A stretch of 64,000 bases of DNA, taken from the NCBI RefSeq assembly GCF_009914755.1, contig NC_060935.1. One strand, written 5' to 3'. Below the pieces are notes generated by a model, which saw only the letters and a program-made list of their open reading frames with translations, did no database searches and had not been told where the DNA came from. The translations under genes were made by a program, and so were the position numbers. This document shows, piece after piece, positions 45,470 through 64,000 of this stretch. This DNA is from the human T2T-CHM13v2.0 reference genome, Homo sapiens. Each line of letters starts with the position of its first letter. Position 1 is the stretch's first letter.

Positions 45470-47039
45470 CTAGGGAAGAAAATTCCTTCTTTTTCATGAA
45501 CTCTGTGAATGGCAGGTCTTATTAAAATATTCACCTAAATTTTGAAACTGGGAGTTCAATGTATGAATACTTTTAGAATGAATTGTTATGCTTTGTGATA
45601 TACTTTAGTGATGATTGGTTCCACTGTCTTTCAAGGCTGCTGGGATATTATATGAAATAATATATGTGAAACTGTTGTCAAAGTGTCCTGTTAATTGTTA
45701 TTGTTCAACTGTTGGCTTAAAGCACAAAAGCATCACCATAAGTAATAACCATGAGTTTTAAAATTGTAGCTATTAAATTAAAATAAGGAAATACTATTTT
45801 TGACCTATCAAATTGACAAAGCTTTAAAAAAAAGAAACTTGAGAAATGAAGTGTTGTGGAGGAGTAAAATTGTTTGTCTCTCTTGAAGCCAACGAGGAAA
45901 TATATGTTGACATGTCTTAAAATAAGCAGATCCATTGAACCAGCATTTCCCTTTCTGATCACATATATCAAGGAAATAATATATACTTCATCACAGCATA
46001 ATTATCAGATAGCAAATTGGAAATGATATAATAGCCAACAATAGGAGATTGGTTAATTATGGTGTTTCATGTAGTCATTAAAATAATTCTGCAGGAAATC
46101 AGAAATTCTACTTGAAATATTAAGTAATAATTTAAGCAATGCATCTACAGTGTGATTCCATTTTGTTAAGAAATGGGTTGCTATTTAGCATGATAAATAG
46201 TTTAATAGGAAAGCTTGAAAATTGTTAACAGTAAATTTAAATGGTAAGATCATGGATACAGTTTATCTTCTACATGATTCTCTTTTCCAAATTTAAATTT
46301 ATTTTGCAATTGAAGAAAAATGTAAATGATAGTAAAGCCCTTAAGATTTTACTGTATGCTGGTTTTTAAAATTTTTTTAATTTTTATTTATTTATTTTTT
46401 TTTGCGAAATGACCAATGAGAGAAAGTCTATTTTCACTTGTCATGGAACAATGCGGTATGTTATGTTTTCGGGACTGCCTTCTTTAGTGCATTTCATAGT
46501 GCCTAGTAATATTGGGTACTGATTAAATACAATTTTCTGATTTCTGTTAATTTTGCGTAGCATTTTTTATAAAAAAGGGAGATATTTTTGATTAAATAAA
46601 ACTTTATCGTGTTTCAAATTATTACACAAAGCTGAATAAGCAACCATTTATTTGAAACAGTGAGGTAATATAACATAGGCAACTATAGTTATATATTTTG
46701 TGTGTACTGAGTGTAATCTTGCCAGTTGGCTAAAAATACGTCACATGATGATTAAAAATAATCATGGCAGGTTGCTATTGGCTCCTAAATGATTCACAAA
46801 GCTCTTGTCCATGGCAGCGGAGGGAGGCAGTGTGCAAGGCAGTGGATGTAAATATAACTTTATTGAGTGCTTACTGCACTTTAGGTCAGGTAATTTACAA
46901 GTGCCATCTTCAGCTTCAAAAATAGTGCTTTTCCACTCCAGTTATGCACTGGAATCACCTCAGGGGTTCTTGTTTTACATTTTAATTACTTACATGACAA
47001 AAGCTCGAAATAAGTGTCTGACATAGAACCCTGCAATCA

Positions 47040-47123
47040 ATATATATGTATATTTATTTATATATCATATCTATGTGTATATATCTATATGTATTTATAT
47101 ATATATATCTCATATATATATAT
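47040..47123. repeat. Degenerate (TA)n tract
   Basis: Read directly. Confidence 0.85.
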
Positions 47124-49051
47124 TTCTTAAAGTTTCAAATAGTTCTGAACTACTGACCTAATATCCCTATGAGAAGCATTGCTATTCCTTTCTTAAACAG
47201 AAGTAATGTGTATGAGATGGCTAAAATAACTGGTCCATGTTCACAATGCCAGCAAAATGGGTCTAGTTGATTTCGTAACAAACACATGTGCATACACCAT
47301 AAATAAAATGTTTATAATAATGACTATTTTACTCAATATTTCCTTTGTGACAGGATATAACATCTAAGTACAATAAGAATCCTGTAAATTCATTATATAA
47401 TTTCAAAGATAAATGAAGTCAGTGAGGATAAGTATCTTGCCATTAGCTAAACAGCATAAAAACAGAAGAAAATTACAGGTTCCTCTTTGTTGACAGGTAC
47501 TGCCTCTATCCGCAGCAAAATCATTTTATATGTGATCAGAGGTCTCAAATAAGCCTAAATAGCAACTCACAATGTGAGTGCTTGAAATCTGGTGACCTTG
47601 TCACCCACCTAGTTGCCTCAGTTGATATACATGGGAAAACCATTGCAGGACTTTGAAGAGGAGTAGTATATAGAGAGTCTAGAGAGATGGCGAAATAGAA
47701 TAATACAGCCCCTGAACTCAAGATGACCCTTGTGAATAACAAGAGGGAAATAAAAGAAAGAAAGATTTGGATATTGGGCAAACATTTTTGAAAAAAACTG
47801 ATACTTGCTAGATTTTGAAGGAAAAACAAACTGTTTCTAAGACACAGGCACTCCCAGGAAAATATTCTTAAAGTAAGAAATGGTTTCAGAGGGCAAAAAT
47901 AAAATCCAGGTTGAGGAGAAAAATCCTCTATTAAGCCTTATTGTAAGGTGTGCCTCTTAGGCAATATCTCTTAAATAATAAAGGTTATAAGAAATTTAAA
48001 GGCATCTTACCACAGCAACCTCAAATGGGAGAAGTACAGGATATTTTGTCTACAAGAATTATAATTTGATACACAGAAAGCCCACAATGGTTTTAAAGAA
48101 ATTATATGAGCTCATACTGAAAGTGACAGAAACAGTACAAAATGAAAAGAGGCGTATGACACCTAAATGACTCCGTTCAGCAACTGACCTGTAAAAACTA
48201 CTTATCTACAAATATAGGGTACATTTTATGACAAAGAAAAATGGCCTAGAAGCAGAAATCAAGAGCTCAAAGAGAAGGGCCATGAGATGCAAAAGATAAT
48301 TCATAGGAAGCAGAATTGAACATTAATCTAGGAACTAAAATTGCTATGGACCAGTGCCTACTAAATGCTTCCAGTTTGCACTATAAAATGGGAGATTTTC
48401 CACATTTCTGCACAGAACACATTATGAATTCAATGTAGTGAAGACTGAAAGCAGCACAGTGCCTGGCTTGATATCTCATATGTTTTGCATAACTGAGTAT
48501 TCAGGAAGAAGGAAACTTGAATAAGGCAGCATTCTCTCCAGACTCGAAACTGAAGCACCAGCAGGGAATGCCACACTTAGTAAATGATAAGTACAGCAAA
48601 GAAGCAAGATTGGAGAAGAGTAATCCAGAAGAATTGCTTCTGGGCACTTCTGAAAAAGTTTCTGGAGACCCTAGAAATATTGGGAGAGTGGGCTATATTT
48701 TGAAGGGGGCTGAGGCCTTTCCATCAGTAATTTTGGCATTAACATAGTAAAATTTGATAATACACACAAAAGTGACTATTGTAGTATATACAGGCTAGTG
48801 AAACAAGAGTTAATATAAATTACATGCGTTTTCAGATGTACTACATATACAGAATTTAGAGAATGATACTTCGTTTTTATTCTTTAGCATGTATTAGTGC
48901 AGGATGAGCCTGACAGGTCCAGAAAAAAAGAAAAAAAATCCATATAGGCCTGACCCTGATACCTTGCCCTATATCCTAAATAGCAAGAATCCAGTCATGA
49001 GGAAACTACACTAATCTATAAATTCTACATTTTTATTATGCATCTTATTTT

Positions 49052-49724
<673 letters not shown>

Positions 49725-49851
49725 CTGCAGTAGCTGCTCTGTTTCAGACACTGAGATAGGCATACAAGACTAAGCACACTCCTGTGTACTAGGGACACCT
49801 GTAGTCTAGAGTGGCAGACAAATATTTATTTTTGAAAATCTACTGTAACAA

Positions 49852-50176
<325 letters not shown>

Positions 50177-51009
50177 CTAACAATTCTTCCAAGGAAGAAG
50201 TACTTTTTATATTAGTCAAGGAGTTCAGAGAAGCCTTCTTGGGGAAATGAAGCTAGACTTAGCCTGAAGGATAGATGAGAATAAGCTACATTAGACTAGG
50301 GAATGGGATAAGCACCCCAGCAGGAGGAAATCACACAAATGCAAGCCCTAGCAAACCACAGACTAGCAAAGCACAGTGCAGCTGATAAGTACACAGGGCT
50401 GCAAGCTGGAGAGGTGGATGAGAGCCTTGCTTTGTCTTCCTCTTAGAGCAATGGGAAGCCACTGAAAGCTTTCAAAATTAAGGGCCAGGGCAGGGTTGCA
50501 TTTTGAAAAGACCTCTCTGATGCAGTGTGGAGAGTGGATTAGAAGGGGTGCATAGAGGACAATTTATTCCTCCTGAAGGATACTTTACAACTCTCCAGGA
50601 TAGAAGTGAGTTTTTTCTATTTCCTATATCTTAGCATTGCTGGGTTCATGACAGACAGACCCTTACAGAAGTACTTTCATTTCTTTTCTAATCAGTTTTT
50701 TGGCTTCCATTTTCTTTTTTCTTACTCAGATAAAAGTGATTCTGGATTCAAAACAACTCACAGGAAAGGGTGATAGAAACCAACCAAATGAAGTAAAGTA
50801 TATCTTAAAAGGCAGGCAAGACAAAGAGCCAACTGTCTCACCTTAAACTCTCAGTTCTCTCAGAGAATCTTCACTTCCACTATGAATCCTCTTGGAATTG
50901 CTACTAAGGCAAATAGTAATATGTTCTTTTTTCTTTCTTTTATTTTCTTGAAACTCAGGCCCTAAAGCATTCTTATCAATTTACCTATTCCAGCAAAACT
51001 ATGTGATCC

Positions 51010-51480
51010 TTACAGTAGAGTGACAAAGACCTGGGTTCAAACCCTTGTTTGGTTGGGTAAAATTGCATACGTTCATGAACCTCTTCTAACTTCAATACTT
51101 TTATTTAATAACAAAATTAAGAGGTTAATAGTACATGTCCAAAGTGTTGCAATAAGTCAATAAGATGATGCATGCAAAGGGCTTAGCACAGTGCACTACA
51201 CCCTAGTGGTAAAGTGATGTTGTTTGGAGCCAAATCATTCTTGGCTCAATTCCCAGCTCTATAATTTATTAGCTCTATGGCCTTGAGCAAGTTATTTGCT
51301 GTGTTGAAGCATTTTTTTTCTTATTTGTAAAATGCATATAAACATATCATTTTCTGGTGTTTTTATGAGGATTACTTGAAAAAAGCCATACAAAGTACTT
51401 AATAGAGTAACGGGCATGTAGTCAGTGACTGGCTATATGGTTATTGCTATCATTATCAGAATTATTGACACTCAATAAAT
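51010..51480 (+). mobile_element. Two nested or adjacent MIR elements
   Basis: gacctgggttcaaaccc, atggccttgagcaagttattt, gcttagcacagtgc, cactcaataaat. Confidence 0.7.
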
Positions 51481-54400
51481 TTAATTCGCTTCTTATTTTA
51501 TCCTTTATTTTAATTATTTTATAAGGATTTTCCTTCCATCTATTGTCTTCTTTGCATAATTGCCATCAACCTCCCTTATATGTTGTTGTGTAGTTCTCTC
51601 TCTCCTCCCCACTTTCTTCTATCTCTTCTCTCAAAATGTAGACAACCAAAACAGGGAAATAATAAAAACCAATACAATCATCTAAAAGTTTGAGAAGTTA
51701 ATTGTTGGCAAGAAGTTTGTTAGAACACAGAGAAAAAAGCCACAATTTCAAAAATTATCAAACCAATTTAATTCTTGACATGGGACTAGAGTTTTATAAA
51801 CCTACCTATCTCATCTGTTCCCAGTGGACACTCAGAAAACTTGATACTAAACTAAAACATCCACACCATATCTTTCATAAATAGCCTGTGGAGTACCTGT
51901 CAACCAAGAAGTGAAAATGATTCAATTTTTATGGGGTAAGATCTTTGAATTTACTCTAGATTCAGATATTTCATATTCTCAAACAAAACGACTTTCATCT
52001 ATATGTGCTACTTTGGTTTAGAGTCTAAGTTCCACAGTGAACAAAACTGTCTTGTAAAATTTAATTAACATGTAAAAATAAACCATGTATTTTTTCACCT
52101 TTTCCCTTATATCAGGAATAAAAGAGAAACTTAGCAATACTAAGCATATTCTTCTTTTATTACAAAAGAACAGTTGTTCTGATACACATTTGTCGAAAGG
52201 AAACCCTCAGAATTTTTAGTTTACTAATAGAATTGGTAGAAACTGTAAGAAAATGTTCAAAATATTTTAAGTGCACAGTCAGGAAAGAAAAACTTTCTTT
52301 TCTATATGTGAATAATTATATTGTCTAATCTTACTTAAAAACTTTTTAGCTCAGATTTTAAAATTACATGTTACATAATATTAACCTACTCATGATACAC
52401 ATTTTTATCCCATGGAGCAAGTTGATGTGATTGATCTCTGGAATATTATTTGACTTCATGAAGTAGACTTGTCCTCTATGCTTCTAAGAGTAGATTTCTA
52501 ATTTTGTTCAGTTTTGTTGATATCTGTACTAGACTGTAAGACTTAGTAGGTTAAAACATAAAGTAAAATAACTCCAATTTTGTGTAATAACATTTTAAAA
52601 TGCAGTAAAATTTCCAACAATTATTAAAAATCAGGTGTTTTTCCTGCTTAAATATTTTAGCCATGTTTGAGGTGAACCAGTTAGTCCTCATGAAGTACTG
52701 TGGCCAATAAAGGGGCTTTAATATGTATGATATATAAAGAATGTACTTTCATGATTAAGTATACTATTAAATTTATGTAGCTTTGTTCATGTGATTGATT
52801 AAAATCCCTTTTATTTTATGATAGTGCATATGAGAATAATCTTGTTAACTCAGACCCTATTCATTCAGAATGCGTGATAATTAAAAAGAGGTTTGAGATT
52901 ATATCCTCAGTTACATGTGAAGAAATCTTTTGCTGAGCATGGGGTATGGGGGAAATATTTTTTTTCTTTTTAAATAATATTTGAGAAAGCAAATTATTCC
53001 TAATACTATAGTGGCATTACTTGCATTATGACATTAATTGATAATATTAAGTGCTGTTAACTTCCATTGGTATGACAAATGTTCTACATATTTTATTTAT
53101 GTAATCCTATAATCTTATAAGGTAAAAATAATAAATTTCAGTTAAAAAATTTAAAAATTCTCACAGTTTTCACTAATTAAGACTAAGAGTTTATTAAAAG
53201 TCATTCTACAAAGTTTAGAAAGGCACTTTATTCCAGCTAGCTTTCAAGGCTCATTATTTTCCAACTCCACTACCAAGTCTCCTATGTATGAACAAGATTG
53301 CTAAACTAGTTAAATACAGAATTTTAAGCAGGATGATGAGTGCCTCTGCTTGGTGCTGTTAGATATTTTTAAATACCCTATGCATTTGATTGGTTTATGT
53401 CCACTCTCTGTCTCTCTTAAGTTCTAAAGAAGGAGATGGTAGCATAGAAAGAGTTTAAAGCAAACTAGGCACATGGCTAGGGAATATTTCCTTTTTACTT
53501 CTTTCTGGATAATTTTGTATGAAATCAACAAAGCACCATGCAAGAAGTGAAACAGAGGTATTCAGATAAGGACACAAGCATCTCTGAGAATCCAACCCAA
53601 TTTTTCTTCTGCATAAAATTACCTCTAAAATGAACCTAAAAATAAATACCCAATGTAAAAATATGGTTGGAGTTGGCATAGGACCCTTTAGCCACATTTT
53701 AATTATTCCTTAGCTTTATATGAAAATGAATCTTGTTTCTAACTCAGAGGGGGATGTGTCAAAAGGTGTCAGTTAGGTTCTCTGCACTATTTATTGGAAG
53801 CCTACACTGCACAGAGCATTGTACAGAGCAGGGCATTGCCGCTTATATAGGCCAGAATGAAAGGCTGGTTAATCACTGCTTATCACTGACCAGTATGGAG
53901 CATGGTTATACAATGGTCAGTTCCTATTCATACTGGTTCTGGCTTGACTTTCTCTGATAAGCAAGATTAAAGTCTCAAATTTAATGAAATAATGTATTAC
54001 CTCTGGACATTTCAGGATGCCTCTCTCAGAGGCACAATCTTGAGAGTCATGGACACATATAATTTACTGGCAGAAAATACAATATGCTAATGTGTATGTG
54101 AAATACGGAATAACATAATACTATAATTCCCATCTTACATAGATATATGTCAATGCCAAACACAGTGAAACAAAAAGAGGTTCAATCGATGACTTTTCCA
54201 GTGTCCTGTTTGGCAACATTACTCTGGAAGGCATTGATCCAGGAAAACAGACTGTCAAATAGGAAAGGAAAATGATGGTAATTTGGAATGTTTAGAAACA
54301 CTGAGGCTAATTAAGAGGACAGCGGAAATTTCACAAGGCTAATTACACATCTGCAAAGGCAGAGGTTGATAAGTTTCTCTCCAGCCTTCTCTGTAACTGG

Positions 54401-54500
54401 ATGCTTCAAGAATAACACCCCCTTTTTAGAAGATCCAATCAGACCACACTGACAGGACTGTGAGAACCCACCCATCTCTATACATGTGTTCTGTCTTTAA

Positions 54501-56150
<1,650 letters not shown>

Positions 56151-56324
56151 GAGAGAAGTCTTATGAAGTAGAAATCCTGGCTATGAAATCAGACTTATGG
56201 GAGATTAAATATTAGATAATGTTTTCATTAACATATGACCCCCAGATATTAAAATGTAATGTTTCATTACAATGAAAGTATAAGTTTAAATAAACTTTAC
56301 CAAAGACACAATGATTTCTTCTTA

Positions 56325-57712
56325 GGTGCCTTCTTTCCTTCAGCCTTACTAACCAACCTCTTCTAGCTTCAAACTTTTCTTCTGCTGCTTCCTCCTCACC
56401 TCTCTTAGCCATATAAACTAGAAGCGAATTAGTACCTTGCTCTGAATTAGGCTTTGTCTTAACGGAATGTTGTGGCTGATTTTATCTTCTATTTAGATGA
56501 CTAACTGTCTTCATATTAGCAATAGGCTGTTTTGCTTTTGGTGGATATGTGCAATGTCAATGGAAAACTTTCTGGAAAGGATTCACCATTCTAGGGGCCA
56601 TTAAGAACATTCGTGATTCATGGGAAGAGGTAATAGTATCAACATTAACAGGAGTTTGGAAGATGTTGATTCCAATCCTTATAGATTACTTCGAAAACAT
56701 AAAAGGGCAAAGCGAAGCAGCAAGGCCTGATGGAGAAGCTGCAGCAATTTATCCTGAAGATCTTGCTAAGGTCATGGATGAAGGTGACTACACTAAATGC
56801 CAGAATATCCATGTAGACAAAACAGCATTCTATTGGCAGGAAATGCCATCTAGGACTTTCATGATACAGAGAACTCAAGATCTGGCTTCAAAGCTGTGAA
56901 GGACAGGCTGACTCTCTTGTTAGAGACTGATGCACTGGCAACTAAGTCGAAGCCAATGCTAATTTACCACTCTAAAAATCCTAGGGCTCTTAAAAATTAT
57001 GCTAAATCTACTCTTCCCATGTTCTGCAACTGGAACAACAAAACCCATCTGAAATATCACTACTCATTGACAACGCATTTAGTTACCCAAGAGCGCATGT
57101 TATCATCCATGTACTCACTGGAGTAGCACTTTTAATTCTCTTCAATAACTTTTTCTTTGTGTTCAAAACCTGGTAAACTCTTTGGTGCAGGAGGCCTAAC
57201 ATTTGGCCTATCTCAGTTTTTAACATGCTTTCTTCACTAAGTTTAATCATTTCCAGCTTTGGATTTAAAGTGAGAGATGTGTAACTCTTCTTTTCACTTG
57301 AATACTTACTGATTATTGAAGGGTTATTAATTAGCCTAATTTAAATATTATTCTATTTCAGAAAATAGTGGGGCCTGAGGAAGAGGAAAAGATTGGGGAA
57401 CAACTGTTTGGTGGGGCAATTAGAACACACACAACATTTATTGATTAAATTGGCTATTTATATGGGTTTGTGGTACCCCCAAAATTATAATAGTAATATC
57501 TAAGATCAGTACTCTAAGAGCACCATAACAGATATAATGAAAAATTGAGAATTACTGAAATGTGACACAAAGAAGTGAAGTGAACATACACTGTTGGAAA
57601 GTGGCATTGATAGACTTATTGGACACAGGATTACCACAAACCTCCAATTCATTAAAAACACAGTATCTTTGATGTGCAATAAAGCAAAGTGCAATAAAAT
57701 GAGGTATGCCTG
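56325..57712 (-). mobile_element. Tigger1 (pogo family DNA transposon), internally rearranged; 56540-57094 lies on the + strand
   Basis: 5' TIR (reverse of gaggtatgcctg) plus TA at 57701-57714. Transposase peptides EEKFEARRGWL (-), KTFWKGFTIL...IRDSWEEV, YPEDLAK...VDKTAFYW.EMPSRTF and KPMLIYHSKNPRALKNYAKSTLP (+). Confidence 0.92.
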
Positions 57713-58472
57713 TATTTTATAGCAGAAGTAGATACTTTCTTTTATGATTGCCTGATTTTCTTGTACATCCAGTGTATATTGATGGTATATACTCAACCCA
57801 GGGATATAGGTTATTAATATTTTCATAATATTCATTTCTATTAGTATCATTTCCTTTTTAAAAACAAAAGAACTCAAGCCAAATCCATTGCTTAAAAAAA
57901 AAGCACAAATGCATATGCAGGAATGAGACAACAAACATTAATAAAGCAACAAAAGCAACCATTTGTGAAATGTAGGAGAAATTATTTTTACCCCATTTGG
58001 AGTATAATGAAACTTTGGTTCACTATGGAGCTAATGGGGAAATCAATGTCCAAAACTAATCATGCTAGCTCTGATAAAAAAGCAGTCTAAAAGGAAAAAT
58101 TGACAAAATATCTGCATAGCTTGCACTTCAGGTATAATTTAATTTCAAAAGATGGGTCCATGAGACATGAAGCATTGTAATGTAATAGTGAAGATAATAA
58201 GTCATTAAATAATTCTTAATGAATAGTGAGTAATAAGAAAGAGTCAGCTTGGAGGCTGGATTTATAGCAATCAGCTTTTTTTGAATATTATAGTGCTATG
58301 GATAGTTGCTATTTATGCTCATTCACTCACTTATTCGTTACATTCATTTCATTTATTTGTCCATTCATTCAAATATGTATTGAATTCATATTACGTGACA
58401 AACAATGAGAAATGCACAGAGACAATGACATATGGTCATTAGCCTCAGAAAATGTACAGTATAAGAAAAATA

Positions 58473-59213
<741 letters not shown>

Positions 59214-59247
59214 AGAAGATGAAAAAGTTCTGCAGATGGATGGTGGT

Positions 59248-59415
59248 TAATATGGTTTGGCTGTGTCCCCACCCAAATCTCATCTTGAATTGTACTCCCA
59301 TAATTCCCAAGTGTTGTGTGAGGGACCCAGTGGGAGATAACTTAAATCGTGGGGGCAGTTTCCCCCATACGGTTCCTGTGGTAGTTAATAAGTCTCATGA
59401 GATCTGATGGTTTTA
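59248..59415 (+). mobile_element. 5' half of a THE1 LTR
   Basis: atatggtttggctgtgtccccacccaaatctcatcttgaattgta...gagatctgatggtttta, then an abrupt stop. Confidence 0.9.
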
Positions 59416-59429
59416 CCACTTTCCACATT

Positions 59430-59534
59430 GATGGCAGCCACTAGCCACATGAGGATACTAAGCAACTGAAATGTGGCTAAGATAACTGAAGAAGTAATAT
59501 TTAAATTTTATTTAATTTCAACTGAATTACATTT
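59430..59534. mobile_element. MER3/MER33-like fragment
   Basis: gcagccactagccacatg...tgaaatgtggcta...ttttatttaattt. Confidence 0.7.
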
Positions 59535-60355
59535 GAACTTTTTCATGTACCCTAACTGAAACTCTGAACTCATTAAAAACTAACTCCCCATTTCCCCTAC
59601 TAAGTCTCTGGCTACCACCATTCTGTTTTCTGTCTTCACATATTTGACTACTCTAGGTACTTCCAATAAAAGGAATAATGTAATGATTTCCTTGTGTTAC
59701 TGGCTTATTTCACTTAGCATAATGTCTTCAAGTTCCATCATGTTACGGCATAGGTCCAAATATCTTTTCTCTTAAAAGTTGAATAATATTCCAGTGTATG
59801 TATGTATATTTTACATTTTGTTTATGCAGTCATCTATGGAACGTTTAGGTTAATTCCACCTTTTGGCTATTGTGAATGCTATGAACATGAGGGCACAAAT
59901 ATCTCTTCAAAAGCCTGCTTTCAATTATTTTCGTTGCATACTTAACAGAGTAATTGTTGGATTATATGATAATGCTACTTTTAATTTTATGAGAAATCAC
60001 CATATTGTTTTAACAGTAGATAAACTATTTTGAATTCTTACTACCAAGGTAGAAGGTTTCAAATTTCTCGACATCCTCACATTTATTTTCTTTGATAATA
60101 ACCATTTTAATAGATGTGAAGTAGTATCTCATTGTGGATTTGATTTGCATTTTATTAATGCCTAGTGGTGTTGAGCATTTTTTTGTATACTTATTGGTAA
60201 TGTATATATTTTCTTTGCATAAATGTCTACTCAAGTCCTTTCTCATTTTTAAAATCAGGTTTTTGTGTTTTTGTTTTTGTTGTTTTAATTCTTAAATATT
60301 GAATATCAATCTCTTATAAGATATATTATTTGCAAATATTTTTTACCATCCTGCA
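59535..60355 (-). mobile_element. L1MB-type 3' region
   Basis: caccattctgttttctgtct...tttgactactctaggtac...tggcttatttcacttagcataatgtcttcaag. Confidence 0.85.
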
Positions 60356-62048
60356 GTCTTACTGATTTCTATAGTTCTTAATGTATGTTAATCGTTATGC
60401 CATAGGTTATATACATAAATATTATATATAAATGAAAATTTCTAAATATTATGTAAAATATAGATTTATATATAATATGTAATCTATTATATATAATAGA
60501 GTATTCTATTATATAGAAAGAATATTATTTGCTAATACTTGGGTTTCCATAAGGAGAGGTAAACTTCACTCTCCAATGGGAAAAGTGCTAACATGACATC
60601 TGGGACTCTTCTTTCTTGTCTTTCAATTCTCCCTTTGGAAAGAGAACTAATTTTTCTGACTAATGAGACAGTGAGGATCTAACATCCATTACTTGTTTGG
60701 TTGGAATTATTTAAAAACCACATACACATGTGTCTTCATTCTGTTCCTGCATTCAGTCTCTCTCAGACTTTAGGAATCAAAATCCCTGATAGTCATGTTT
60801 TCCCTTCAGGTGACTCTAGATTTTGGGGGATGTAGTAATAAGCTTCATTTTTCTTCGCAAATAAAACAATACTCTCCAATCTAACTTTAATGGCAATAAA
60901 GTTGATATTTTGATCCCAATCTAATGTGTCTGTTTCTTGCTAACTCAGAATCCGGATGGGAAAGAGAGATGATTAATTACCACTCTCAAAAGTCCAAACA
61001 AGTAACACTGAAGTAAGGGTTTTTCCTATATTTGCCCATTATGTTAGTCTCACTGCTGCTGATGCTACCTTCCGTAAATCTTTATTAATTCAGTATCAAT
61101 GTCACATGCTTTGAGGGGATTAAGCAAATCATTTCTGTCATTTCAAATGTTCAAGTAAAGTCTGGATGATTTTATTTCATGTCCTCTCTGGGAAAAGAAA
61201 TACCACAGTAGATGAAGAGCTAGAAAAGATGGTGATGAAGTTACTTTTCTACACAAATTTATTGTATTCTATTAAATTACCATTATTATCCAAGAGTTCA
61301 GAAATTCTCTGGCTTTCATATTGAACACATATATGTCCTCTATTAAAATAAACTTTAGTATAAAATTGCTAAATAATTGTTATTTAGTATATAAAAAATG
61401 TTTGGAAAATTAAAGCAGCAGCCATAAATTCAGAAAAATTTATTATTAATCAAGACTGCAATGACATTTTATATTCTTAAAAAAAGGTGGTGAGGAAAGC
61501 TTCTGAAATGGATAGAGGCTGAGGATTGTATTATGTTTGGCTCATTTCTGTATCTTCATAACCTCATACAGCATCTGGACCAAAACTGAAGCTCATTCAA
61601 TTTGTTTGTTCATTCAAAATGTCTTTATTTGCACCTTACTATGAGCCAAGGGCTTTGCTAGGCCTTTAAGACAGTAGGGTAAAAAGAAACAGATATGGTC
61701 CTACCCTTTTGGAGCTCGCATAGGCATACATCAAATAATTGCAAAGACAATCATAAACTTCACTGTGATAAATAGTACAAGGAACGATTAGTTACTACTA
61801 TGGTAGATTAAATAGAGAGATGTTATCTAAGTAGGTAGATCAAGGAAGGCATCCCTCAGGATATATAATTTAGCTTAGATATAAAGAATGGGTAGTGATT
61901 AGCTGTGTGAGAGGCAAAGGCAAGAATACAGCATAGCAAGAAGAAGAATAGTAAGAAAACAAGGGCTCATGGAAAGGGATAAATGAGGGAATGAAAGAGA
62001 TCAGCATATGTGGAACAGAGAGAGAAATAAGGCTTAAGAAAGGGGCTG

Positions 62049-64000
<1,952 letters not shown>

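Noticed and set aside
46730-46785. MHC-II-like X2-Y module (TACGTCA...ATTGG)
   Set aside because: The spacing is too long and there is no adjacent X1 box.
56549-57126. Domesticated TIGD1-like transposase gene
   Set aside because: Scrambled order, GTG starts, frameshift, degenerate first catalytic motif (VDKT), and the DNA-binding part lies on the opposite strand.

Overview
AT-rich, CpG-poor human genomic DNA. A consensus-identical AluYa5, a subfamily that expanded in the human lineage, points to the species. No protein-coding gene, RNA gene or CRISPR array can be supported. The ORFs I could assign are decayed L1, Alu, THE1 or Tigger1 sequence; the rest look like chance. Interspersed repeats dominate: a near full-length L1PA7-like element with two nested Alus, two 5'-truncated L1s with TSDs, a complete THE1 provirus, a solo THE1 LTR, 13 Alus, MLT/MER20/L2/MIR relics and a Tigger1. 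I see no new gene system. The best observations are structural: (1) a probable ~1.2 kb L1 3' transduction, inferred from a displaced TSD and a second poly(A) signal; (2) a Tigger1 whose transposase core is circularly permuted and inverted inside itself; (3) a probable ~320 bp micro-inversion splitting an L1MB; (4) an 83-bp segment duplicated 2.26 kb away; (5) a pristine, possibly polymorphic AluYa5; (6) several unverified exon candidates and fold-back or duplication scars. Repeat subfamily calls come from remembered consensus sequences, and boundaries of old repeats are approximate.
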